From Dehalococcoidia bacterium (GTDB lineage: Bacteria; Chloroflexota; Dehalococcoidia; Lucifugimonadales; UBA1127): DNA of 64,000 bases. Shown piece by piece: positions 9,622 through 18,544 of the stretch (within the stretch, counting starts at the first letter, position 1; every line of letters starts with the position of its first letter). The position numbers and the translations under genes were made by a program. Where the stretch lies: the NCBI GenBank assembly GCA_965249315.1, contig OZ252225.1, forward strand, positions 2,214,814 to 2,278,813. Reading direction: 5' to 3'. Below the pieces are notes generated by a model that saw only the letters and a program-made list of their open reading frames with translations, was not told the origin of the DNA and did no database searches.

Positions 9622-10548
9622 ATGGGTGAAAGGCCAGCCTTCAGGATACAGATTACTTCAATGAGAGGGAAGCCTGCAGGGCTACGCATCATTGGGAATC
9701 CAAACAAGTCAGGACGTGGCTTGGCTTTTCCCAAAGCTAGCCTCTACAAAGTGAGGCAACAGCAGGAAGAGCTTCAGGGTGTTGGAGTGTACGTCCTATT
9801 AGGGCCTGCGAAATCCGAGGACTTGCGGCAAGTATACGTTGGGCAAACAACGGGGTTGGGGAGCAGGCTGAACAACCACACAAGTGAGAAGGACAAGAAC
9901 TTCTGGAATGATACCGTTGTCTTTGTCAACCCGAATCTGAACGCGGGACACTTCCAGTATCTTGAAGCCGAGTTATGCCGTCTGGCAAAGGAAGCCAACC
10001 GCTGCGAGCTAACCAATATTACAGTCCCCCGGGGTGACAAACTGCCGGACGAGGACAAGGAGAAAGCTGATCCGTATCTCGAGGACATCCTGCTATACCT
10101 CCAAATTCTCGGGGTCCACTACTTCGAGAAGGCGAGTGAGCGCGAATCCCCTCCTCCGAAGCCCAAAGGCAAAGGAACTGCTCAACCCCCCAAGGATGAA
10201 CAGCGTCGCCTGTTCCTGAAGTCAAGTAAAGAAGTGATCGCAACAGGCTACTACCTTGGTGAGGGCAAGCTTCGGGTAGAGGCTGGACCCAAGGCTCCAG
10301 CCTCAGTTTCCAATATCCCCAAATGGAGCGACAGATTGCTTGCACGGCGCGACGGATTGGTTGCAGCGGGCGTTCTGAAGGATAAGGGAGATTACTATGA
10401 GCTAGTCAAAAACCATGATTTCAGTAGACCTTCCATTGCATCCGATTTATTGCTGGGTAGGCCAAGTAACGGATGGGACGTCTGGAAGGACGCCCAGGGT
10501 GTTCGGTTGAAGGATTTAGAATCCAGGCCTAAAGGTAAGTCAGCATGA
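9622..10548 (+). CDS. GIY-YIG nuclease domain protein with C-terminal DUF4357-like domain
   Basis: GVYVLLG...VYVGQT...RLNNH...YLEAEL fits GIY-YIG. The C-terminus (GVLKDKGDYYELVKNHDFSRPSIASDLLLGRPSNGWDVWKD) fits the DUF4357 pattern. The gene is visibly AT-richer than its flanks. Confidence 0.8.
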   Translation: MGERPAFRIQITSMRGKPAGLRIIGNPNKSGRGLAFPKASLYKVRQQQEELQGVGVYVLLGPAKSEDLRQVYVGQTTGLGSRLNNHTSEKDKNFWNDTVVFVNPNLNAGHFQYLEAELCRLAKEANRCELTNITVPRGDKLPDEDKEKADPYLEDILLYLQILGVHYFEKASERESPPPKPKGKGTAQPPKDEQRRLFLKSSKEVIATGYYLGEGKLRVEAGPKAPASVSNIPKWSDRLLARRDGLVAAGVLKDKGDYYELVKNHDFSRPSIASDLLLGRPSNGWDVWKDAQGVRLKDLESRPKGKSA

Positions 10549-10566
10549 TGGGCCACAGAGGTATCC

Positions 10567-12372
10567 GTGGATAAGGACATCAACTGCGGTGCGCTGCGCC
10601 GGGACGATGTGGGACGTCGGGTCACCCTGGCCGGATGGGTCCACCGCCGCCGAGATCACGGTGGGCTGGTCTTCCTGGACCTGCGGGACCGCAGCGGCGT
10701 CGTCCAGGTCGTCGTGAACCCGGAGCAGGCGCCGGAGGCCCACGCAGAGGCGGACCGGGCCCGCAGCGAGTGGGTGCTTCAGGTCGTGGGCGAGGTGGGC
10801 GCCCGGCCGGAGGGAACGGAGAACCCGCGCCTGCCCACCGGTGAGGTGGAGGTCATGGCCCGCGAAGTGCGGGTGCTCAACCCGTCCCACACTCCGCCCT
10901 TCTACATCAACGAGGAGGGCGCCCTGGACGACTATCTAGCCCTGCGTCACCGCTACCTCTACCTGCGCCGCCCCAGCGTCCAGGGCAACCTCATGCTGCG
11001 CCACCGCATCGTCAAGTTCATCCGGGACTTCCTGGACCAGCGCGACTTCATAGAGATCGAGACGCCCATCCTCATCAAGAGTACACCGGAGGGGGCTCGA
11101 GACTACCTGGTGCCCAGCCGCCTCTATCCGGGCAAGTTCTACGCGTTGCCCCAGTCGCCGCAGCAGATGAAGCAGCTGCTCATGGTCGCGGGCTTCGAGC
11201 GCTACTTTCAGATCGCCCGCTGCTTCCGTGACGAAGACCTGCGCGCCGACCGCCAGCCGGAGTTCTCCCAGCTGGACCTGGAGATGAGTTTCGTCAGCCG
11301 CGAGGACGTCCTCCATCTCATGGAGGAGCTCTACGTCGCCATGGCGGCCGCCGTGACCCCGCAGAAGCGGGTCCTTCAGGTCCCCTTTCCCCGCCTGGAG
11401 TACGCAGACGTGATGGAGCGCTACGGGACGGACTCGCCGGACCTGCGCTTCGGCCTGGAGCTGGCCGACCTGTCGGACGTGGCTGCAGGCTCCCAGTTCC
11501 AGGTCTTCCGACAGGCTGTGGCCCAGGGGGGCGTGGTGAAGGGTCTCGCTGCCCCCGGCTGTGGGACCTACTCCCGCAGGCAGGTGGACGAGCTGACGGA
11601 GTTCGCCCGTTCTCGGGGAGCTTCGGGGCTGGTGACCTTCGCCCTTGAGGAACAGGGTCAGTCCCTTGAACAGCTCACGCAGGAGCAGGTGCGCTCGCCG
11701 GTGGCCCGCTTCTTCACCCTGGACGAAGTACGAGAGATTGCCCGGCGGACCGGAGGGAGCGGGGGCGATCTGCTGCTGCTTTGCGCTGGGCCGCGTGAAC
11801 AGGTGCAGCTTGTCCTGGCGGCCCTGCGCCACGAGATGGGCCGGCGTCTGGGACTGGCGGACCCGGACGTGCTGGCCTACGCCTTCGTCACGGACTTCCC
11901 GCTGCTGAAGTGGAGCGGCGACGAGGGGCGATGGGACTCTGTCCACCACCCCTTCACTGCGGCGCACCCCGAGGACGTCCCATTGCTGGAGAGCGAACCG
12001 GGGAAGGTGCGGTCCCTGGCCTACGACCTGGTCTGCAACGGCATGGAGATGGGCGGGGGGAGTATCCGCAACCACCGTCGAGAGGCTCAGGCCCAGATGT
12101 TCCGCATCCTCGGCTACTCGGATGAGGAGATGACGTCGCGATTCGGGCACTTGCTGGAGGCCCTGGAGTACGGTGCGCCGCCCCACGGTGGCATCGCAAT
12201 GGGCATGGACCGGCTCGCCATGCGGCTCGGAGACCTGGACTCCCTGCGGGACGTCATCGCGTTCCCGAAGACGCAGAGCGCCATCGATCTGCTCTTCGAT
12301 GCGCCCTCCGCGGTGCCGCAGAGCCAGTTGGACGAGCTCCATGTGCGCATAGCAGACGAAGAGCGGCCGTGA
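10567..12372 (+). CDS. aspS: Aspartate--tRNA ligase
   Basis: 601 aa with an OB-fold N-terminus (VTLAGWVHRRRDHGGLVFLDLRD) and class II motifs (FYALPQSPQ, FRDEDLRADRQPEF, GGGSIRNH, GIAMGMDRL). Confidence 0.95.
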   Translation: MDKDINCGALRRDDVGRRVTLAGWVHRRRDHGGLVFLDLRDRSGVVQVVVNPEQAPEAHAEADRARSEWVLQVVGEVGARPEGTENPRLPTGEVEVMAREVRVLNPSHTPPFYINEEGALDDYLALRHRYLYLRRPSVQGNLMLRHRIVKFIRDFLDQRDFIEIETPILIKSTPEGARDYLVPSRLYPGKFYALPQSPQQMKQLLMVAGFERYFQIARCFRDEDLRADRQPEFSQLDLEMSFVSREDVLHLMEELYVAMAAAVTPQKRVLQVPFPRLEYADVMERYGTDSPDLRFGLELADLSDVAAGSQFQVFRQAVAQGGVVKGLAAPGCGTYSRRQVDELTEFARSRGASGLVTFALEEQGQSLEQLTQEQVRSPVARFFTLDEVREIARRTGGSGGDLLLLCAGPREQVQLVLAALRHEMGRRLGLADPDVLAYAFVTDFPLLKWSGDEGRWDSVHHPFTAAHPEDVPLLESEPGKVRSLAYDLVCNGMEMGGGSIRNHRREAQAQMFRILGYSDEEMTSRFGHLLEALEYGAPPHGGIAMGMDRLAMRLGDLDSLRDVIAFPKTQSAIDLLFDAPSAVPQSQLDELHVRIADEERP

Positions 12373-12408
12373 GGCTGAGCCCGTAGCCCCGCTTCCCCAT
12401 ACAGCCGA

Positions 12409-12417
12409 TGCTATAAT
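12409..12417 (+). promoter_or_regulatory. Extended -10 promoter element (TGcTATAAT) upstream of tig
   Basis: A perfect TATAAT at 12412-12417 is preceded by TG at 12409-12410, 22 nt before the tig GTG. The -35 is weak. Confidence 0.45.
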
Positions 12418-12438
12418 AGGTCCAGAGAGGACGACGAC

Positions 12439-13794
12439 GTGCAGGTTATCCAGGAAGAGCTTCAGCAACGCCAGGCCGTGCTCCACATCGAGGTGGAGTC
12501 CGCGGACCTGGAGCGATATCTGGACCGCGCCCATCGGCGCGTCGTCCAGAGAGTCACCGTCCCGGGCTTCCGCCGGGGAAAGGCGCCCCGTTCCATCGTT
12601 GAGCGCCTTGTGGGTCGGGACGTCCTTCTCGAGGAGGCCTTGGAGCTACTCCTCCCGGAGGTCACGGCCAAGGCAGTGGAGGAGCAGGGCTTGGAGATGG
12701 CGGCGCCTCCGCGGGTCGAGGTTGTGTCCCGCGAGCCCATGGCGCTCCGCGCTACGGTCCCGCTGCCGCCGGAGGTGACGCTGGGCGACTACCGCCAGGT
12801 CAGGATCGCTCCGGAAGAGGTGGAGGTGGACGAAGAACGGGTGGCGGAAACCCTGGAGGAGATTCGGCGGGAGACCACGCCATGGGAGCCGGTCGACCGG
12901 CCCGTCTCCATGGGAGACCAGCTGGTGATGGACCTTCGAGGGTCCACCGAAGGCCGTGAGCTCATCAGCCAGCGGAACTTCGGGTACATCGTCTCCGAGG
13001 AGCCCAGTCCCGTCCCCGGGTTCGGTGCTGCCCTAGAAGGGATGCAGCAGGGCGAGACCCGGGAGTTCACCCTTCCCTTCCCCGATGACTACAGCGACGC
13101 GGAGTTGGCGGGAAAACCCTGCGAGTTCGTCGTTGAGGCCAAGGAGATCAAGGGCCGGGAGCTTCCCGACATGGACGACGAGTTCGCTCGGAGCGTCGGC
13201 CAGGGGTACGACTCGCTGGAGGCTCTCAGGGAGGACGTTCGCGGCCGGCTGCGAGCCTCCCTGGAGGCCGAGGCCCACGGTCGCTACGAGGAGAAAGTGC
13301 TGGAGGAAGTGCTGGCAACTGCCCAGATCGAGATGGCCCCGCTGCTGGTCGAGCGGGAGACGGAGCGCCTCCAGCAGGAGCTTCGGGACCGCGTGCAGAG
13401 CCTGGTGCGGGGGCCCGTGGGCGTGGACGAGTATATGTCCCTCCTGGGCAAGACGGCGGAGGAGGTCCAGGAAGAGCTTCGCCCCAGGGCGGAGATGCGG
13501 CTGCAGCGCTCGGCGCTTCTGAATAGCGTCGCCGACGCAGAAGGTTGCGAGGCCTCGGACGAGGCTGTGAATGCGGAGATCGAGGGCATGGTCCAAGAGG
13601 CAGGGCCTCGAGGCAGAGAGGTCCGGCGGCACTTCTCCAACGCCCAACATCGGGAGATGGTGGCCAGGAGCCTGCGGACGCGCAAGGCCCTGGAGCTTCT
13701 GGTGACGATCGCCAGGGGCGAAGAGGGCCAAGAGGAAGCCGCGTCTAGCGAGGAGACGGCGTCGGCGCCTTCCGGAGACGAGTCATCGGCCTAG
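12439..13794 (+). CDS. tig: Trigger factor
   Basis: 451 aa. The ribosome-binding motif PGFRRGKAP, a central PPIase-like region and an acidic C-tail match trigger factor architecture. Confidence 0.9.
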   Translation: MQVIQEELQQRQAVLHIEVESADLERYLDRAHRRVVQRVTVPGFRRGKAPRSIVERLVGRDVLLEEALELLLPEVTAKAVEEQGLEMAAPPRVEVVSREPMALRATVPLPPEVTLGDYRQVRIAPEEVEVDEERVAETLEEIRRETTPWEPVDRPVSMGDQLVMDLRGSTEGRELISQRNFGYIVSEEPSPVPGFGAALEGMQQGETREFTLPFPDDYSDAELAGKPCEFVVEAKEIKGRELPDMDDEFARSVGQGYDSLEALREDVRGRLRASLEAEAHGRYEEKVLEEVLATAQIEMAPLLVERETERLQQELRDRVQSLVRGPVGVDEYMSLLGKTAEEVQEELRPRAEMRLQRSALLNSVADAEGCEASDEAVNAEIEGMVQEAGPRGREVRRHFSNAQHREMVARSLRTRKALELLVTIARGEEGQEEAASSEETASAPSGDESSA

Positions 13795-13893
13795 ACACCC
13801 GAAACATCACACGCCGTCAGACCGAAGGTCAACGAGCCCAGGTCGAAGGGACCTGCTGAGAGAAGCCGAACGAACACGAGGAGAGAAGCTGCT

Positions 13894-14580
13894 ATGCGCA
13901 ACTACGACTGGACCGATGACCGCGGACTCTATCTGCCTGGGTCGGGCCGTAACCTGCTGCAGGCTGCCACGCCGCAGAGCATCATCCCCATGGTCATCGA
14001 AAGCGGGTCACGCGGGGAGCGCTTCTACGACATCTACTCGCTTCTCCTCAAGGAGCGCATCGTCTTTCTGGGCACACCCGTGGTCGACCAGATCGCCAAC
14101 CTGATCATCGCCCAGCTCCTCTACCTGGACCGGGAGGACCCGGACAAGGAAATCAGCCTGTACATCAACTCGCCAGGGGGCGTCATCACCGCAGGCCTGG
14201 CCATCTACGACACGATGCGGCTCATTCGCGCCGACGTTTCGACCATCTGCGTGGGCATGGCGGCCAGCATGGCCACGGTTCTGCTGTGCGCAGGGACCAA
14301 GGGAAAGCGCTTTGCGCTGCCCAGCTCCACCATCCACATGCACCAGCCCATGGGCGGCGCCCAGGGGCAGGCGGCGGACATCGAAATCCAGGCGCGGGAG
14401 ATCCTGCGGCTGCAGGACAAGATCCGTGCCATCATCTCGGAGACCACGGATCGGTCCTACGAGCAGGTGGCTCGGGACAGCGACCGCGACTTCTACCTCA
14501 CCCCGGAGCAGGCCGTGGAGTACGGCCTCATCGACGAGGTGCTGGTCCGCCCCACGGACGATGGAGAGGCCTCCGGCTAG
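13894..14580 (+). CDS. clpP: ATP-dependent Clp protease proteolytic subunit
   Basis: [18 protein letters not shown], the GMAASMA active-site Ser context and IHMHQP (His) are ClpP catalytic-triad contexts. Confidence 0.95.
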   Translation: MRNYDWTDDRGLYLPGSGRNLLQAATPQSIIPMVIESGSRGERFYDIYSLLLKERIVFLGTPVVDQIANLIIAQLLYLDREDPDKEISLYINSPGGVITAGLAIYDTMRLIRADVSTICVGMAASMATVLLCAGTKGKRFALPSSTIHMHQPMGGAQGQAADIEIQAREILRLQDKIRAIISETTDRSYEQVARDSDRDFYLTPEQAVEYGLIDEVLVRPTDDGEASG

Positions 14581-14694
14581 CGGCCCACCCACCCGCTCGG
14601 CCCCACTCTTCCGGCCTGTTCAGGGCGCGCGCACAGACGGGGAGTGACTTCTCCTTCGTAGTGGACCGCCAGCCGGGGTCTCGACGGGTGGAGG

Positions 14695-14973
14695 CTAGTC
14701 CGCCTCCGCCAGGGCCGGGGCCTTCTCCAGCAGCGTCATCTTCATCTGGGTGACGTCAGTGTAGTTGGGGTAGCCGCCCGACTGCTTGCGGTCGTAGATG
14801 AGCTCACCGTTGACATAAACTTCCAGGCGGCCCTCAGCCGCCGGCGTCAGGGTGATTGCGAGGTCGGCGCCGAACTGGCGGTTGAACTCTGCCCCTATCC
14901 AAGAGGCCTGTCCGTAGTACCCTCAGACGGAGCAGTAGATGATCTCCAGGTGTGCCTTGCCTGCCGTAACCAT
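14695..14973 (-). CDS. SelW/SelT/Rdx-family small redox protein with in-frame TGA (predicted selenocysteine, CxxU)
   Basis: My manual translation is MVTAGKAHLEIIYCSV-U-GYYGQASWIGAEFNRQFGADLAITLTPAAEGRLEVYVNGELIYDRKQSGGYPNYTDVTQMKMTLLEKAPALAEAD. The TGA is at 14923-14925. The frame stays open 75 more codons to TAG 14695-14697. The C-S-V-U position and the beta-alpha-beta pattern match Rdx proteins. Confidence 0.7.
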
Positions 14974-15017
14974 GCCTCTCTCCTCCCAGGCGGGTGTCTC
15001 GAAACGTCCGGACGCTT

Positions 15018-16361
15018 CTACACCAGCTCCTCGCGGTGCTGGCGGAAGAAGTCGGCGATGACGTCTGCAGTCTTGTCGATCTCCGCCTCGGTGTGGGCGG
15101 CGGAGATGAAGCCCCGAGGCCGTCCCACCACGAAGATGCCGTTGTTGAGCAGCGTGTTCTTGAGGGCCATGCCCTTGGGGTTGGCCTTGTTGTAGCGCAC
15201 CATGCCGGCCACGTCCCGGTAGTTGTTCAGCGGCCCTCGCGAGAAGGCGATGCCCCAGATGGAGCCGAAGTTGAGGCACTGAGCGTTGATCTCCAGCTCG
15301 TCAGCCACCTCGTTGATCTGGCTGGAGAGGCGGTCGCCGAGGCCCCAGAGCTTCTTGTGGACCTCCCCGTCCCGCAGGATCTCGATGGTCTTGAGGGCGG
15401 CGGCCACGTTGACCACCTGTCCGTTGTAGGTACCGGAGTAGAAGACCGGCCCCTCCGGGCTGAACATGGACATGATCTCCTTCTTCCCCGTCAGCGCGCC
15501 GATGGGGAAGCCGTTGGCCATGCCCTTGGCGAACACGCCCAGGTCCGGCGTGATGCCGAAGAGGGCCTGGCTCCCGCCGACGTGCGTGCGGAAGCCGGTG
15601 ATGACCTCGTCGAAGATGAGGACGAGCCCGTGGCGGTCGCAGATGTCGCGCAGGAACTGGAGGAAGTCCGGCCGCATGATGGGACAGCCGCCGCTGTGAC
15701 CGGGCTCGACAATGATGGCGGCCAGGTTGTCCTTCTCCCGCTCGACCAGGCGCTCGACGGCCGCCTCGTCGTGGAAGGGCGCCACCACCACCTGGTCCGT
15801 CGTCGACTGGAGGGCGCCGGCGGAGGTGGCCACCGAGTAGGGGCTGTCCGCGGGGCCGGCCACCATGGGGTTGGGGGAGACGCTCACCGCCAGGTAGTCG
15901 TGCCAGCCGTGGTAGCCCCCCTCGAACTTCATGATCTTGGTCTTGCCCGTATAGGCTCGGGCGACGCGGACGGCGTGGTAGATCGGGTCCGAGCCGCCGC
16001 CGCCGCAGAGAAGCGCCCTTTCGGCGCAGGGAATGACCTCGGTCAGCGTCTTGGCCAGCTCCACCTCTTTCGGGTGCGGCGTGGCGAAGAGGACGCCCTC
16101 CTCCTCCAGCGTCTCGATGACCGCCTTGCGCACCCGGGGGTCGTTGTAGCCCAGGACCGACGGGCCGTAGCTCGCGTGATAGTCGATGTACTCGTTGTCG
16201 TCCACGTCCCAGATGCGAGAGCCCAGGGCCTTCTTGATGAAGAGCGGGTACGGCTCGTACCAGCGCCCGTCCCCCTGGACGCCGCCGGGCGAGTACTTCT
16301 TCGCCTCTTCCAGAAGCTTCAGGGTGTTTTCCGTCTTGATGGTGCTCTCAACCTCTGGCAT
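15018..16361 (-). CDS. Class-III (PLP) aminotransferase, glutamate-1-semialdehyde aminomutase-like
   Basis: 447 aa with YHASYGPSVLGY, KFEGGYHGWHD and IFDEVITGFR..., which are typical class III aminotransferase blocks. Confidence 0.85.
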   Translation of the reverse strand: MPEVESTIKTENTLKLLEEAKKYSPGGVQGDGRWYEPYPLFIKKALGSRIWDVDDNEYIDYHASYGPSVLGYNDPRVRKAVIETLEEEGVLFATPHPKEVELAKTLTEVIPCAERALLCGGGGSDPIYHAVRVARAYTGKTKIMKFEGGYHGWHDYLAVSVSPNPMVAGPADSPYSVATSAGALQSTTDQVVVAPFHDEAAVERLVEREKDNLAAIIVEPGHSGGCPIMRPDFLQFLRDICDRHGLVLIFDEVITGFRTHVGGSQALFGITPDLGVFAKGMANGFPIGALTGKKEIMSMFSPEGPVFYSGTYNGQVVNVAAALKTIEILRDGEVHKKLWGLGDRLSSQINEVADELEINAQCLNFGSIWGIAFSRGPLNNYRDVAGMVRYNKANPKGMALKNTLLNNGIFVVGRPRGFISAAHTEAEIDKTADVIADFFRQHREELV

Positions 16362-16387
16362 GTCTCCTCCTTCGAGTTATGGGGTGG

Positions 16388-17593
16388 CTACTCGCCCATG
16401 CGGTACAGCTTCACCGCGTTGTCGCAGACGATCTTCTTCAGCACTGCAGGGTCCAGCTGGCCCATGGTGTCCTCCACGATCTGACGGGAGTCGGGCCAAA
16501 CGCCGTCGGGGTGCGGGTAGTCCGAGCCCCAGATGAGGTTGTCCTCGCCGATGAGGTGCGCCATCTGCCCGACGGCAGGCTCCTCCTGGAAGGTGGTGGC
16601 GCCCTGGCGGAACCAGTAGTCGCTGGGCTCCATGGTCAGCGGCGGGTCGAACTTCTTGTTGAGCAGCCGCTCCGTGAAGATGTGGTTCATGCGGCCCAGG
16701 ATGAAGGGCACCCAGGCCCCGCCGAACTCGCCCAGGACGAAGCGGAAGTCCGGGTACTTCTCGCATGCTCCGCTGAAGATGATTGAGGCCAGCCACTGCG
16801 CGCCGCCGATCATGCCGATGGAGAAGGTTGTCCCCTGGTGGCCCAGCTGGTTCTGGGAGAGCTCCTCGCCGTGGGGCAGCGAAGCGAAGGTGCCCTCCGG
16901 CGGCGGGTTCACGGGGATGCGGCCGCTGCCCAGGTGGAAGGCGACGGGCATGCGGGTCTCGGCGATGGCGCGCCACAGCGGGTCCCAGTAGCCGTCGCGG
17001 GCGTAGATGGGATGCGTTCGGTCGTCGACGATGAGCTCGCAGCCGCGCAGCGGGCCGAGTCGGGCGGCCTTGTAGAGCTCTTCCGCCGCCACCGTGGGGT
17101 CGTGCAGCGGGATGCACGCCAGGGCGTAGAAGCGCCCCGGATTAGTGTTGCAGAAGTCGGTGACCCACTCGTTGTAGATGCGGAAGGTAGCGGCTTGGAC
17201 CTCCAGGTCTTCGATCTGAAGCCCCGAGCGGGTGAGGCCGTACAGCACCTCCGCCTGGACGCCGTCCATGTCCTGGTCCCTGATGCGCAGGTCCGGCGTG
17301 GAGGGGTGGGGTCCGCCGTCGTAGTAGCCGGCCTCCTGCATACGGTCGTTGCGGTAGCTCATGCCGGGCTGTGGCGGGCTGAAGCCCATGCCCATGCTGC
17401 CGAAGACGCCCAGCTCCTTGCCTTCGCACACCCAGATCTTGTTGTAGAGGCCGTACTTGGTCTCCTTGGAGGGCGCGTCCTCCACGTGGGGCATGAGGTC
17501 CCTGAGGTGGGCGGGGGCTGCGCTGGTGAACATGTCGCCGGGCAGCCAGCTCATGTCCATGTGGGAGTCGCCAGATACGAAGGTGTATTCCAT
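16388..17593 (-). CDS. Metal-dependent amidohydrolase (amidohydrolase_2 / ACMSD-like family)
   Basis: 401 aa. The N-terminal SGDSHMD and C-terminal WGSDYPHPDG metal-ligand motifs are characteristic of this family. Confidence 0.8.
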   Translation of the reverse strand: MEYTFVSGDSHMDMSWLPGDMFTSAAPAHLRDLMPHVEDAPSKETKYGLYNKIWVCEGKELGVFGSMGMGFSPPQPGMSYRNDRMQEAGYYDGGPHPSTPDLRIRDQDMDGVQAEVLYGLTRSGLQIEDLEVQAATFRIYNEWVTDFCNTNPGRFYALACIPLHDPTVAAEELYKAARLGPLRGCELIVDDRTHPIYARDGYWDPLWRAIAETRMPVAFHLGSGRIPVNPPPEGTFASLPHGEELSQNQLGHQGTTFSIGMIGGAQWLASIIFSGACEKYPDFRFVLGEFGGAWVPFILGRMNHIFTERLLNKKFDPPLTMEPSDYWFRQGATTFQEEPAVGQMAHLIGEDNLIWGSDYPHPDGVWPDSRQIVEDTMGQLDPAVLKKIVCDNAVKLYRMGE

Positions 17594-17729
17594 GGCCAGT
17601 CTCCTGGTACGGGTTTGCCCCAGTGTACCATCGGCGTTGGGGATGGTCTACGGCTTCGCGCAGGCGGGAGGACGCCGGCCTCACGCCAGGAGCCGTGGCA
17701 GGTCTCCGCCGGCGCCGTGCGCGGGCGGT

Positions 17730-17752
17730 CATTCGAGTCGATTCGTATCGAA
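17730..17752. promoter_or_regulatory. AT-rich imperfect palindrome (candidate operator) upstream of the amidohydrolase operon
   Basis: attcgagtcgattcgtatcgaat matches its own reverse complement at 18 of 23 positions (outer ATTCGA/TCGAAT arms). It lies about 140 nt upstream of the 17593 start, in otherwise GC-rich DNA. Confidence 0.4.
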
Positions 17753-17799
17753 TTTAGCAAGTTTCCGGTCCTGCAGGCACGACGGGAGGCGGTCCAGAT

Positions 17800-18245
17800 A
17801 GGGCGGCCGCGCAATACGAATGATCGTGCCTGTCCAGGCACGGAGGGAGAAGAGACGAATGCGCCGGCAGGCACGGAACGGAAAATCGGGGTGCGGACAC
17901 GGCTCGTAGCTGAGGGGCGGGGAGACGCGAGGGAACGAAAGCGTAGCAGTCCCAGGCACGGGCAGGTGGAAACGAATGGCGCGGCAGGCACGGAGAAATG
18001 CGGGGGAGGGGCGGGCAAGCGAAAGCGTAGCAGTCCCAGGCACGAACGGGGTGGAAATGAATGGCGCGGCAGCGGCCAGCCGCGTAAGCTTGGGGGCGTT
18101 GCTCTGGAGCGGGGGTTGGTCCTTCGAAGTGGGATGGCACCTTGCGGTGGACGGGGCGGCGTGCCGCTCTTGGTTGCGGCGTTGGGAGCGGCGGAGGGTG
18201 GTCCTTCGTAGGGGCGGGGGAGACGGCATCAGGGCGTAGCTCATC
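17800..18245. repeat. Intergenic mosaic repeat block including an approximately 84-bp tandem array
   Basis: cgaaagcgtagcagtcccaggcacg occurs at 17936-17960 and 18020-18044. gaaacgaatggcgcggcaggcacgga-like units lie near 17853, 17968 and 18052. Module gttgctctggagcgggggttggtccttcgaagtggg is at 18098-18137. Confidence 0.85.
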
Positions 18246-18246
18246 G

Positions 18247-18540
18247 TCACGAACGGCGAAGGCGGTCTTTGAGCTGCGTGAGCTCGATGGTGACCTGCAG
18301 CATGAAGAAGACGATGCGGAGGTTGGTCTTAGGGTCGTCGAGGAGCTCCTCTATGGAGAGGCCAGGGGGTGCAAAGGGGTCCCTGAGACCGTACGACCTC
18401 AGCAGTTTCACCAGCGGAGCATGGCGGTCTACGGGCTTGAGGCCGGAGTAGCGGCCGTGCTTCCGGGCGTTCTGGTTGCCGCGTTGACCGCCTCGAGGGC
18501 GGTTTTCTGGCTTGCGGGCGGGCGGGTGGGGAGAGTCCAT
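18247..18540 (-). CDS. Hypothetical small basic protein (GNQNARKHG motif)
   Basis: 97-aa ORF with non-repetitive composition but no obvious SD. It is bracketed by 40-nt direct repeats (18098-18137 and 18624-18663). Confidence 0.4.
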   Translation of the reverse strand: MDSPHPPARKPENRPRGGQRGNQNARKHGRYSGLKPVDRHAPLVKLLRSYGLRDPFAPPGLSIEELLDDPKTNLRIVFFMLQVTIELTQLKDRLRRS

Positions 18541-18544
18541 AGCG

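Noticed and set aside
10936-12534. 532-aa ORF antisense to aspS. The same applies to 2539-4095 (antisense lepA), 15000-16484 (antisense aminotransferase), 24391-25734 (antisense xseA), 26148-27251 (antisense pepP), 60831-62555 (antisense secDF) and 62281-63528 (antisense cca).
   Set aside because: All are mirror ORFs of confidently identified genes, with the Gly/Arg/Val/Asp-rich composition expected from reading GC-rich codons backwards.
14923-14973. Reading TGA 14923-14925 as a genuine stop (a 16-aa peptide) or the locus as a pseudogene
   Set aside because: The frame remains open for 75 further codons with protein-like composition. The TGA also falls exactly at the second redox position of a CxxU/CxxC Rdx motif. 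A sequencing error (TGC to TGA) cannot be excluded from the sequence alone.
17800-18245. Possibility that the repeat blocks are CRISPR arrays
   Set aside because: The repeats are imperfect and of several different module types. They have variable spacing of about 81-84 nt without unique spacers of constant length. They occur in both orientations at many loci, and no cas genes are present.
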